Assembly (NCBI GenBank): GCA_030295235.1
Contig: AP026138.1
Location: 806,001-870,000 of the forward strand
Origin: Fistulifera solaris
Lineage: Eukaryota
Length of the DNA: 64,000 nt
Reading direction: 5' to 3'
The translations under genes were made by a program, and so were the position numbers. Positions 1 to 11,492 of the stretch are shown here, one piece after another. The notes beneath the pieces are model-generated. The model was not told where the DNA came from and did not search any database. It saw only the letters and a program-made list of their open reading frames with translations. Every line of letters starts with the position of its first letter. Position 1 is the stretch's first letter.

Positions 1-353
1 TCCAATGTCAATGGCTCAAAGGCTTTTTCGTCACCAAAGATCTCGACTCGTTTCTTCCAGTAATTGAGATAACGGGTGACGGCATCGGTGACTCGAAAGA
101 CTTCCGATCGCAAGAACATGAGTTCAAATTGGGCTGTCAACAATTCGGGACATTTTTCCTTGGCCATGAGATACTCCTGATTCGAGGGAGTCTTCTGAAC
201 CGTTCGTTCTGCCAATTCTTCGGCAAACTGTGCCAACGTTTTCTGAATGAGATCAGGCGTTTCTTTCGGATGCACTTGACCGTAATGATCCGGTTCGTCA
301 TCGCTGTCGGAAGAAATGGTGCAAGTAGAAGAAAGAGATAGTAATTTGACCAT
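1..353 (-). CDS. CRAL-TRIO N-terminal-like protein (5' part; continues off the window edge)
   Basis: My translation from ATG at 353 is open to base 1: MVKLLSLSS...AKEKCPELLTAQFELMFLRSEVFRVTDAVTRYLNYWKKRVEIFGDEKAF. The FLR...A..R...YW..R..LFG pattern is typical of CRAL-TRIO N domains. Confidence 0.6.
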   Translation of the reverse strand, partial: MVKLLSLSSTCTISSDSDDEPDHYGQVHPKETPDLIQKTLAQFAEELAERTVQKTPSNQEYLMAKEKCPELLTAQFELMFLRSEVFRVTDAVTRYLNYWKKRVEIFGDEKAFEPLTL

Positions 354-1029
354 GATGGAAGGTGGACAGTTTGTTTTCGTGATGAAGTTGTGGTTGTGAT
401 GGCAATATCAATTAAAAAGGGTCATGTGTCGTGTGTTTTGAGCTTTGTGCCGACGACCGAGATTTTTCTCGCCCAACATAAACATTTGTGATGCTGATGC
501 GTGGCTGCGTGGCGCATTGATGCGATGATGAGAAAGTAGAAAGTGTGAACCAAACGGACATTTTGCTCAACGCATTCTTTGGCCTTTCGAGAACTTTATG
601 AACCTAGACTATCGCCGCTTGCTATAATTGTTTTGAAAACACTTCAGTCATTATCGGCATTCGTCATTCTCGTCCATGCAGGATTTTGGATTTTTCTCCC
701 TCCAGGTGGACTATAGTGTCGAAGTGTTAATTCATGACTGAAATCCAGTCGTGAAAAAAGTAACGTACACATTGTGCGAGAGTAAACTTTTACCAAACAT
801 CCTTCGATGAAAATTATCGACCTTCGACGCAAGCATAAACTTCTTCCGTCCAATCTATTGCTCAGTTGATTGCCTTCAAATCATCGAAACTTTGCCTTCA
901 GGTTCATCTAAAATAAGAAAGATCAGAGAATTGTCCCTTTTCGTTTCGCCTCTTTTTGCACTATTGTCGAAAGTGTTGTCCGTTTTTACCAAGACTGGAT
1001 TTCAGTCATGAGCATCTCTCGGTTCGAAT

Positions 1030-1116
1030 AAAAGCGCGCTTTTCACCAACGGACAATTCGCACGCGCGTCGTCCTGCCCGCCAAACTTCCCGCCACAGTG
1101 GATTGCGCGCGCCAAG
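1030..1116. promoter_or_regulatory. Candidate E2F-type sites upstream of PCNA
   Basis: CCCGCCAAA (reverse complement TTTGGCGGG) at 1077-1085, TTCCCGCC, GCGCGCCAA and the palindrome AAAGCGCGCTTT lie within ~300 bp of the PCNA ATG. E2F control of PCNA is established in plants and animals; function here is inferred. Confidence 0.35.
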
Positions 1117-1324
1117 TTGAATGGTTACGTAGATCCGCGTAGAAAGTACTACCAGCATTGCCGCTGTAGGCAATCTTGCCGCCACAACAACATAAACTCT
1201 CGTCCGCCTCGTCGTCTCTCCTCATTTTCCGTTCCTCGTGTGTGTTGCTAAAGAAGCATTCGACGATCTCTCTCCCGTCAACCACATCTAATTATTGTCT
1301 TTTACACTAACTCCTACCAGCAAG

Positions 1325-2185
1325 ATGTTTGAAGCTCGCCTCGCTAACGGAAATATCTTCAAAATGATTGTGGAATCGATCCGCGAACTCATCGTCGATG
1401 TCAATATTGACTGCTCGACGGAAGAGCTGGCGATTCAATGCATGGACTCGGCTCACGTTGCTTTGGTCTCTATGAGCTTGTCACAGAGTGCCTTTGATCA
1501 CTTTCGATGCGATAGATCTCTTTCGCTCGGCTTGAACTTGCCGAATGTCTCCAAGATCTTCAAGATGATGGGTCGTGATGATACGATGGTCCTCAAGGCG
1601 GAAGATAGTGCCGACAAGCTCATGCTCATGTTTGAGAATGATAAATCGGGAACTATTGCGGATTTCGGTGCGTCTAGATTGAGTTGATTGTAGTATTTTT
1701 ACTCTGTTTGTCTTGTTTACTCACTTCCTCTTTCTACAACAGAACTCAAACTCATGGCCATTGAAGCCGAACAACTCGGTGTCCCCGATACGCCCTACAA
1801 ATGCAGCATTTCCATGCCGTCGTCGGAATTCCAGCGCATTGTACGTGATCTACAAGTCATGGGTGATACGTGCAAGATCTCGTGCACCAAGGAAGGTTTG
1901 AAATTCTCCGCCACGGGTCAAATTGGTACGGGCAATATCTTGATGCGTCAAAATGTCGCTTCCGAGAAAGAAGAAGACCACGTCACGATTGATATGGAAG
2001 AGCCGGTCGAACTCAACTTTGCGTTGCGGTATTTGAATTTCTTTACCAAGGCGACGCCCTTGTCGCCGACGGTCATTATCAAAATGAGTCCGGGTTTGCC
2101 CATTGTCATTGAGTATCCCATTGAGCAATTGGGTCATGTCAAGTACTATTTGGCGCCCAAGATGGAAGAAGATGAAGAAGAATAA
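1325..2185 (+). CDS. PCNA: Proliferating cell nuclear antigen (2 exons, intron 1668-1742)
   Basis: MFEARL...QCMDSAHVALV...YYLAPK. Splicing the GT..AG intron restores ADFELKLM. Confidence 0.97.
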
Positions 2186-2286
2186 ACGGAAAAACGCAAG
2201 GAAACGCAGGAGTATTACTGTGATGCAAATTATAATTATTGTTGAACGCCACATCATTCGTTTCTACTAGAGTCTAAGTTTTCAGC

Positions 2287-3384
2287 TCACTCTCGCGAAG
2301 GAGTCTCCAATCCATGTTGCGCGGTATGACAAATGGAATCCCAAATGGTTTGAGGAATAGGTAAAACACCCGCTGCTTGGCGTTCTTGTGCTGTTTTCAC
2401 CGAGCGCTCTCCCGGAATACGGACATTCTCACCGGAAGCTTGAACCGTGCGAAGAATCGAGGCACTCTTTTCTTCAAAATCATCCACGAACGCGTGAGGA
2501 TTAATCGCAATGAACGTATGCCCCCAGGATTGGGCCATCTTTTTCGATTCCACTTGTCCCAAGACCGCCGCACCCGATAAGGCACCCGCCAAAAGTTCCA
2601 CACACAGCGACAATCCCAGTCCCTTGTGTCCACCAAAGGTAGCAATGGCCCCTCCATTCATGACTTGCTTTGCATCCGTAGTAAATTGTCCTTGTGCATC
2701 ATAGGCTACTTGTGGAGGCAAGGGTTCTCCTTTGGCTTGTGCACTCAATACTCCAAACAACGCAATGGCCGACGTCGCCATATCAAACGTATATGGCACC
2801 GTTCCGGCCCGAGGAATCCCAATCGCCAACGGATTGGTCCCAAACACGGGCTTCGCTCCCGGTGCGGCCGCTACGAATTCGGGAGAATTGCACAAGGCCA
2901 CCCCGATGCATCCTGTCTGGGCCATGCGGTTGACATAATACGCCAACTGCCCCGAACTCGTACACGAATTGTACGCACATACCATGGCAATACTGTTGCC
3001 TGAATGAACTTTTTGAACGGCCAAATCGGCCGCCGTGACGGCCGCCAACATTCCCGGTGCTTTGTTGGCATTAATGACGGCCGACGACGGTGTTTCTCTC
3101 TCCACAACAGGAACACCGGCACCCGGAGCCGGCGCCATTTGTTTCGGTTGATACATTTTGACAAGTCCTTGATTGTTGCCGCACAATTCTGCGGCAATCA
3201 TGATATCGGCTTGTAATGCGGCATCTTTAACATTCCATCCAATTTGTTGTAACGCTCGTGCGGTCGTTGTGCGGGCCTCTTCCATGGGAATTTGTAAGAT
3301 CGATGTTGTAGAGGTGTTGCTGTGCGTCGCAAAGGAACGGCGGCTGTGACGACACACTAATCGGGTAATAATCATTCGTTGCAT
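2287..3384 (-). CDS. Ldh_2-family (malate/L-lactate/sulfolactate/ureidoglycolate-type) dehydrogenase, probable mitochondrial presequence
   Basis: Motifs FGTNPLAIGIP, FDMATSA, FGGHKGLGL..CVELL, VRIPGE. Arg-rich N-terminus. The start codon is uncertain. Confidence 0.85.
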   Translation of the reverse strand: MQRMIITRLVCRHSRRSFATHSNTSTTSILQIPMEEARTTTARALQQIGWNVKDAALQADIMIAAELCGNNQGLVKMYQPKQMAPAPGAGVPVVERETPSSAVINANKAPGMLAAVTAADLAVQKVHSGNSIAMVCAYNSCTSSGQLAYYVNRMAQTGCIGVALCNSPEFVAAAPGAKPVFGTNPLAIGIPRAGTVPYTFDMATSAIALFGVLSAQAKGEPLPPQVAYDAQGQFTTDAKQVMNGGAIATFGGHKGLGLSLCVELLAGALSGAAVLGQVESKKMAQSWGHTFIAINPHAFVDDFEEKSASILRTVQASGENVRIPGERSVKTAQERQAAGVLPIPQTIWDSICHTAQHGLETPSRE

Positions 3385-3738
3385 TTGAATAGGAGAGTTT
3401 GTTTTACAAACCAATAGTTTGGAGAGAAACAATAAAAATTGTTTACCTGGTAATGAATGAAGGTGACATCAATGCGACGAAAGATCCTGTAGTGCGTTTT
3501 TTACGTGTCCCGAAAATCTGGAAGAGGGAGTGATAATATACCACGTATCCAGAAAATCTGGGGGTGTCATGTTACTACTTGTCCCGAAAATCGCACGCTT
3601 TTTTTATAAAAAAAAAATAATAACGCATTACCGGTAGGGTCTACTCATTATTTCGCGGTCTTTATTTTTTTTGTATAATTTCATTTCCTTTTAGAAACAC
3701 TACATTTACTTACAAACAATTAATACGATCACTCTCTA

Positions 3739-5370
3739 ATGCTTACAATACAACAAACACAGCGTTTGCTACAGACAGGCGCCATTTCCAGTGAACAGTT
3801 GGTTCTCTTTTGTGTCGCTCGCGCTGCTACGGTTTCGGATGCGTGGGAACGACGCATCCATACACAAACGTTACTCGAACAGGCACGACAATCGGATTTC
3901 CGTCGTGCGCAAAACAAATTACTGTCACCATTGGATGGAATACCTTTCTCAGTCAAAGCCAATTTGGCGGTTGCTTCGTTGCCATTGACGGCGGGGAGTG
4001 CCATTTTACAAACCAATGCGTGTGTTGGTTATCATGCACAAGTTGTTGACGCCTTACTGCAATCGGGGGCATTGTTGATGGGAACGACTGCTATGGATGA
4101 ATTTGGAATGGGAAGTTTAGGAATGAATCGTCCTAAAACTACGACGAGTCGAACGAAAAATCCAATCTCTGGATGGCATCGCCACAGAAAAATGTTTTCC
4201 GATGAAGAAATGATACATATGATTCTAAGTTGTTCCGAGACGATCAATAAGACTCAACAACAGGACGACGAAAGCACTGTCATTTACAGTCCTGGAGGAT
4301 CTTCGAGTGGCAGTGCGGTGACCGTCGCCCAACAAGCCGCATTATTCTCTCTCGGCAGTGATACGGGAGGATCGGTGCGTCTTCCCGCCGCCTGGTGTGC
4401 CATCACGGGCTTCAAACCAACCTATGGACGTTTGTCACGGGATGGATTAGTGGCGTACGCGAGTTCGTTGGATACAGTCGGTATCTTGGCACCGACGGTG
4501 TCGTGTTTATCCGTTGTATGGGAAGAATTGTTACAACAGCAATCACGACAACCGCGACAGGATTCGACTTTGCGGTCAACTCTCAGCAATGATGCTAATC
4601 CGACGCGTGCGTCGGCTTCTACACGACAACAACTACTGGAAGGTGTAAAAGTGGCAGTGCCCACAGCATTCGTGGTTAAGGAAATGTCACAACAAGTTCG
4701 AGACAATTGGAAAAATGCTGCGCGGCAGCTAGAAGAAATGGGAGCTACCGTTCATGTCACCGACACAATAACACCGCAAGTATTGCAGCAAGCATTGGCG
4801 GCCTATTATGTTTTGGCGTGTGCGGAAGCCACGTCGAATCTTGGTCGCTACGACGGGTTCCGTTATGGTTCCGCAGCCGACTGCGGTTGGATGAATGCAG
4901 TAAGAGAAGATGAACAGCCACAAAGTAAATCTTCTTTATTGGAGCAACAATACGCCAAGGCCCGGACACGAGGGTTCGGTAGCGAAGTCATTAGACGTAT
5001 CTTGTGCGGAACATCGGTCTTGTCGTCGGATCATTATCACACACATTACGAAGCTGCTGCGAAATTGCGTGCCGTTTTGGCCCAACAAATGCGGAACGTT
5101 TTAAAACAATACGATGTACTGTTGGTTCCTACGACATTCAACATGCCACCGCGCATCGATGAGGCAAATTCCATTGATTCTACCGCAATGATGGCGAATG
5201 ATATCATGACCGTACCGGCTAGTCTAGGAGGTTTCCCAGCATTATCGATACCGTACGGGCATTGGGAGGCTGTGCCGTTCGCCATGAGTATGCAATTGGT
5301 GGCGGCGCAACAGGATGAACACACACTCTTTCGAGTGTCTCAAGCTCTGCAAGACCGTGCTGTGGCTTAG
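3739..5370 (+). CDS. gatA: Glutamyl-tRNA(Gln) amidotransferase subunit A (amidase signature)
   Basis: PLDGIPFSVK, MDEFGMGS, PGGSSSGS, LGSDTGGSVRLPA, EATSNLGRYDG.RYG, RTRGFGSEVIRRILCG. Confidence 0.92.
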   Translation: MLTIQQTQRLLQTGAISSEQLVLFCVARAATVSDAWERRIHTQTLLEQARQSDFRRAQNKLLSPLDGIPFSVKANLAVASLPLTAGSAILQTNACVGYHAQVVDALLQSGALLMGTTAMDEFGMGSLGMNRPKTTTSRTKNPISGWHRHRKMFSDEEMIHMILSCSETINKTQQQDDESTVIYSPGGSSSGSAVTVAQQAALFSLGSDTGGSVRLPAAWCAITGFKPTYGRLSRDGLVAYASSLDTVGILAPTVSCLSVVWEELLQQQSRQPRQDSTLRSTLSNDANPTRASASTRQQLLEGVKVAVPTAFVVKEMSQQVRDNWKNAARQLEEMGATVHVTDTITPQVLQQALAAYYVLACAEATSNLGRYDGFRYGSAADCGWMNAVREDEQPQSKSSLLEQQYAKARTRGFGSEVIRRILCGTSVLSSDHYHTHYEAAAKLRAVLAQQMRNVLKQYDVLLVPTTFNMPPRIDEANSIDSTAMMANDIMTVPASLGGFPALSIPYGHWEAVPFAMSMQLVAAQQDEHTLFRVSQALQDRAVA

Positions 5371-5719
5371 TGAACTCATGGGAAACAAATGATTCCTTTC
5401 AAAACACGATAATACGCTCTCACAGCTAGCGAGGCATGGTTCGTCAGCGGTAAGGATACATAATTGTGTTTGGTTCCTTCGACGTTCTCAATTAATGAAA
5501 GGCAATCAGGGCAACAGTTTGTTACTTCTGTGACGGGAAGACACAAACTGGAAACCCAAGTGACACGCCTTTATCAAGAGCATTTCAATTTACTTCGAAA
5601 AAACACCATGGAAAATATTCCCATCTCATGAGTGTTCATATTAAGGCGTTACGATTATGCGTACTATGATGCTGCAATCCCATAAAGATCCTAACGATGT
5701 AGTCGGAGCTACTAGACAC

Positions 5720-6995
5720 GAATCTCCCCTACCAGTCTGGGGCCTATGCAAAATCACGTAGACATTAACAACCGTCGCATCTGCTGCGCTCCACGTTGAG
5801 TCGACTCTTGCTAAATGTCTTTAAAGCTAGCGCGATGAGTGGAACATGGAATTTGTTACTGTCGGGACCGATTTCCAACCGGTTGCTACCTGCATCGATA
5901 AAATTCCTACGAGGTCTACATGATTTTCCTGTAGACATTCAAAGCGTTTTAACTCAGCTCTATTTTACGATTTGTTTTCGATTCGATGATTATTATCGCT
6001 GATTGGTGCAACGTCGTCACGTAGGGGAAAGCGACGATGGCATTAGTGCCCAATAGACCTGGCAAACGGTGTGATCCAAAGTAAGCAATGTCCGGGTCTC
6101 CCCTCTGTCGACAAATTTCCCTACGAGAGCTACGTGAAATTACGTAGAAATTCGAAGCGTTGCATCATTCGTTCCATCAGCGTTTGGTTTTCCAGTCGGT
6201 GGCAATTATTGCTTCCCGTTACGAAGCCAATACAGTGCGCAAGGAAACGTTGACCTCTGAGCACTGTAAATGCAAGAATTGGATGATGGCGAAAAGACAC
6301 AATATCCGGGTATCCCTACAGAGATAAATTTCCTACCGCGGCTACGTAAAATTCGCGTAGACACTGGAAGCGTCGTAACTTTCTACTGTTTCATGTTTCA
6401 CTATCAAATCACTTCCGATTATTGTTTCATGGGTGTCATAAGCGATGTTGGGCAAAGTATTGCTGACATTGTTGTCCAAAAGACGCGAATAATGGTGTGA
6501 TCGAAATTAGGCAAAGTCCGGGTCTCCCCTCTGTCGATAAATTTCCCTACGAGAGGTACGTGAAATTACGTAGACATTCGAAGCGTTGCATCTGTTTTCA
6601 TTCTCAAGATAATTGCTCTTATTATGGATTCTTGCTTATTGCCTCTTTTAAGGTATGAAAATGAACGTTACATGATATTCACTGCTGTCGTGACCGATTT
6701 TATCGAGATCGAATTTTGATGAGTTCCGGTTGCTACCTGCATCGATAAAATTTCTACGGGGTCTACGTGATTTCCTGCAGACATTCGAGGTGTTGTCTCG
6801 CAGCTCTATTCTTCGATTTGTTTTCTGCTTGGCACCAAGTCGTCACGTTTGGGAAATCGACGATGTCATTAGTGCTCAATAGACCTGGCAAACGGAGTGA
6901 TCGAAATTAGGCAAAGTCTGGGTCTCCCCTCTGTCGATAAATTTCTCTACCAGGGCTACGTGAAAATCACGTAGACAATTGCAACGTTGCATCTG
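5720..6995. repeat. Degenerate tandem array, ~7 copies, ~213-bp period, with an ~80-bp conserved hairpin-containing core
   Basis: Core GTCCGGGTCTCCCCTCTGTCGATAAATTTCCCTAC...CTACGTGAAA(A/T)T(C/T)ACGTAGACATTCGAAGCGTTGCATC recurs at ~5878, 6090, 6303, 6516, 6725 and 6916, with a weaker copy at ~5720. Confidence 0.85.
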
Positions 6996-7474
6996 TCGTA
7001 TTTTTCAAGATAAGTGTTCCAATTATTGTCGATTATCGATTATTGGCACGATATAAAGATCACACCGGAAAGTTTCCGGTATAGACCCTTACAGAGGCGT
7101 TGGCAACATTCGCAAGCAAACATCCACCTAACGCGTCTGGCCATCGCTCGCAAGGGAACGGTTTGTTCGGAAATTCCAGCAATGCTCCCTCCAATGAATA
7201 ACCGTAGAATAACGTCGTATTGTCACACGATTGCTGCGTGTACCGGTACTTGTTCGCCTATACTAAACACCGCATTGTTGGGTATCCCAACGAGCCGGCC
7301 AATCCTTGCGGACGAAAAATGCACTTCAACGGACCTCTTTCGGTGCACCTTTCGTGTGTGCATCAACGCAAATAATTGGACCGCAACTCCTTCCAAATAA
7401 AAATTCAAACGAACGAACGCAACACACACGCACGAGAGAACATTCACACTTGCTATAAGCAACAAAGAAAGACC

Positions 7475-9737
7475 ATGGACGCTCCTGCAGATCCTCCCGC
7501 GTTCCTTCCTCCTCGTTATCCTGGTGAAGATTTTGCACCCGGGCAATTTCGGGACGCGTATCCTTCGACAACTCCGTCGGAGCCCGAAGAATACTATGCG
7601 GACGAGTCTCGCCTCAATGCATCGTTACTCGTCGACGACGACGACACGAATCTGTCTTCGTTAGAATTACAAGAAGAAGGAGGACATTCGTTACCGACGG
7701 CCGACGAAGTTCGCAACGCCAACGCGATGGAGAATAATCCGTACAGCGGACGTCGGAAACGAATGTGGGCTTTGCTGGGAGTCGGTCTCCTTGTGTTGAC
7801 GCTAATTATTGCCCTGAGTGTAGCGGTTCCTCGACAGAAGGAAAATAAATCTGTATCCGGTTCTTCGAGTGCCTTGGACGGTGTTGACGACGGAAATTCC
7901 GCCACCGGCGGTAATCAAGGAACGACAGACCCATTACGCAACCCGAATGCGGCTTTGCAAGTCGGTGTTTCCCGATACCAGCAAGTGACCGAATATATTG
8001 TATCACGGGGTATCACTGCGGCAGATAAATATGCCGATAAGGAAGGACCGCAACATCGAGCGGCGCTCTGGATTGCCGATTACGATCCTTTGCAACTGGC
8101 GATTCCGGAGACCGGAAACTTTGAATTTGAGCAACGTTATATCTTGGCGACATTTTATTACGCACTTGATGGTCCGAATTGGCGTTCGGATCTCAAATTC
8201 TTGTCGGGATCGTCGGTTTGTGACTGGAATTTGCCCTTTGACTTGGTGAATGAATTAGGAAAACAAAGCACATGGGACCAAGGTGTCACTTGCGGAGATA
8301 CTAAGAATGCCGAAATTCTTTTCATTGGTAAGTACTTGCCTAATTGCGAACGCATTTTATTGCTTGGGGAACATACTCACAGACACGTCATGATTCCCTG
8401 TACTCTATTCGCAGCGGGCAATGGACTTTCGGGTGAACTACCTCCGGAGTTGGGTTTCCTTTCGACATTATGGCATTTAAGCTTGTATGATAATGATTTG
8501 AGCGGAGCACTTCCTTCGGAAATGCAGCACTTGACAAAATTGTGGTTCGTCGGCTTGGAAGAAAACAATTTGGAAGGACCCATTCCGTCGTGGATCAATA
8601 AATGGACGGATCTAGAATTTTTGGCTCTCGGGACCAACTGGTTTAGCGGTAGCCTTCCGTCTTTGCTGGACTAACCAAATTGAAAGAAATTTCACTTTAC
8701 GAAAACGAATTGACGGGATCCATCGACTCGTTGAACCAAGCAACATCCCTCACGGCTATTTTCGCCAATACGAATAGCTTCAGCGGTCGCCTTCATTCGA
8801 CCACATTGGGCAACCTTAAGAAGCTACAAACACTTGATCTGAGCGACAACGATCTCACTGGTTATTTCCCAGAGCACTTTTATGGAATTAAGAATGTCGT
8901 ACTTGCCGAAAACCAATTGACTGGCCAGCTTCCAGATGTCACTGCCACTGGTCTGCCGATCGAAGTGCTCTCACTGCACAACAATGGTATTTCTGGAGAT
9001 GTCCCGGCCAAAATCGGACTTCTGTCGAACCTGATTCATTTGGATCTTTCCCACAATCGCTTGGATGGGGAAGTTTTCGATTCGGTCAACGGATTGACGA
9101 AACTGCAATTCTTGCTCCTCTCGCACAATCCGTTAACACCAGGTCGCATTCCTGTCATGTCCTCGCTTAAGGTATTGCAAGATCTAAGTTTGGGCAACAC
9201 CAACCGCTCTGGTCCTATTCCTACCGGATTGGGTACCTTGACGAGCTTGCGTCTCCTTGATTTGCACGGAAACCAGCTCACTGGAGCAATCCCCACTCAG
9301 CTGGCCACAATTCCCAATCTTCGCTTTTTGTCGCTCAATCGCAACTCACTGACAGGAGGTGTGCCAGATGAATTGGCTGCATTGACCGACCTTTGTAAGT
9401 ATCTCGTTGTTGATCCAACCAGTCTTTTCTCAATGCTTTCGCTGACCATCTTGTTTGTCTCGTCTTCTATTCTCCGTCTTTAGACACCTTTTACATGGAT
9501 CATAACAACATCACTGGTAATGTGGGTGAGATTTGCTTGAATGGAGGATCCGATAACTTGAAGATGTTTGTCACCGACTGCGAAGTCGAGTGCCCTTGCT
9601 GTAATGAGGGCACCTGCTGCGCGGAGTTCGACGATGCGTGCAATAAAGAAGAGCTTCTGACTAAGTTCCGAAAAGAATACGTCAGAGTTGAGTTTATTTT
9701 TAACGAGAATGTTGCTTTGAACACGACCGCCGTTTAA
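7475..9737 (+). CDS. Type II membrane leucine-rich-repeat protein (diatom RLP-like); introns 8328-8414 and 9395-9483; apparent -1 indel near 8662
   Basis: Cytosolic N-terminus, TM (MWALLGVGLLVLTLIIALSVAV), QRYILATFYYAL..W..LSGSSVCDW cap, plant-type LRRs (L..L.L..N.LSG.LP), and a C-terminal DC..C.CC cap. Confidence 0.88.
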
Positions 9738-10445
9738 ATTGCATCCATCATTTCCGTTTCGCTCCTCATATCCCACCGAAACGTTTCCGCAAACATAGCA
9801 ATAACTGTATCGTATATAACAATGAGCACAGTTGTGCTTCAAAAGACTTTCCATAATGAAATATACTATACGTGGAGGGTACGTCCATCTAGACAACTAC
9901 GTTGCATGAAACTACTGGAACCGACTGCAGATGCCTCGCAATTTAGACTTCCATTCGAAGCACAATTGCCGACGGGACGTTTACGTTTGATAGATGTCGA
10001 ATTGTAACGACGTTTAAGTTAGTGTATGATGCAAAAATTTAGCGTGAACGGCCTTGTGTAGGAACGTTATTTTTGCCATGACTGAAATTCAGTCGGCTAC
10101 CCGCTACACAACGGATGATATTAAAATCTATTTAGATGTTTGTATACCACTATGATTCACTTGATGCACACTACTTTCGATAATGACGTAGGCACATCAA
10201 CGCAGCGATCCAAAGAACAAAACAAAATCAACGAAAAAACACCATCACGAAGAATCATCAGCATTATCGATCATCGATGCTTCAAATACTAAGGATCAAC
10301 AACAGAACTGCATCGATAAGATTCCGAGAGGTGATCAGGTGGTCGATACTGCTGAACACGGAACGATTGACATGGTGCAGCCGTAAAGAACAAGATCAAG
10401 CACAAGTCCTTGAAGATGTTTCCTTAATAGAGTTACGTCTCAAGC

Positions 10446-10773
10446 TTAAAAGGCCGCAGCTTGTCGCGCTTTGGTCCAGATATCTTCTACCTGATCTCTA
10501 AGCTTTTGTGCTTCTTCCTTGTTTCCGCGGCCCTCATGGTAAGGGATTTGTGCTTCTAACTTTTGGACTTTCTTTGCGTCTTTTCTAAAAATGTGAACGA
10601 GGGAGAGACAAGGATTAGCGACGGCATTTCCAGATGACCAAGGACGGCAAAGAAGTGAGCGCGTAGGGGAAGATACAGAACGCAACAGCCATACTCAAAG
10701 AAGCAATGATTCACCGCTAAACTTACTTGTTGAGAACGACCTCTTCACTTGCTTTCGACTTTGGCTTGGCCAT
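10446..10773 (-). CDS. Small 61-aa basic/helical protein of unknown function (intron 10585-10726)
   Basis: A GTAAGT..TTTTAG intron joins MAKPKSKASEEVVLNK to KDAKKVQKLEAQIPYHEGRGNKEEAQKLRDQVEDIWTKARQAAAF* in frame (47+139 nt). Confidence 0.7.
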
Positions 10774-10812
10774 GTTTGTGTTGTGTTAGACTGTTGACGG
10801 CTGACGTTAAAG

Positions 10813-10841
10813 TTTCGCTTTCGCTTTCGCTTTCGCTTTCG
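10813..10841. repeat. (TTTCGC)n microsatellite upstream of the small gene
   Basis: About 4.8 copies of TTTCGC, read directly. Confidence 0.8.
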
Positions 10842-11492
10842 TGACGATCACGAGGACAAAAGATTTATGAGAGATCGGAACGATTGCAATTCGTTCCCTA
10901 AAAAGATCAAAGAACAACGCACGAGAAAGATCGCTGTCGTGCAGAATCATCGCGTGCTTTCACGCACCTTTCCTGGTAAAGCGCAGAACGGTATCTTTTG
11001 ATTTCACGTCATTTTTTACGCGAACGAGTAGGAAAAATCCGAAGTCGAAGAGTTCCACAGAACATGTCTATAGTGTCAGCATCTCGACATCTCCGTGTCA
11101 GAACAAGATTTAGTTACCGGTATAGTTTAACGCCAGTGGCTATTATTATATAGTTCGATTATCAATCCAATGTGGTTAAACCGTATCGTTGTTGTGATTG
11201 CGCTCGACGGTGCGAGTATACGATGCAAAGTACTCACATTCGTGTGATTTTCAGTAGGTTTGAGTACCTAGCCTCTTTTCAATCTATAGTAAAATCGATA
11301 CTATGAGGCAAGATGTATTTGGATTGGTTAGCGAAGCTGTCGCAAAGTTCCACGAGGAAAACACCCGTTCCCCTCTTCTCGTTTGATGCCCCTCAGCTTT
11401 TTCTGTGTAAATTGTGCAAAGATCTCATAAAACAAAACTCATTTCCACTTTGAACGTTAATCTTTACCCCCAACCCAAAAACAACTGCTACC

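Noticed and set aside
5720..6995. CRISPR array interpretation of the phased repeats (also considered for 63731-63959)
   Set aside because: Eukaryotic context, no cas genes, unit sizes are wrong, and the intervening sequences are homologous or identical rather than unique spacers.
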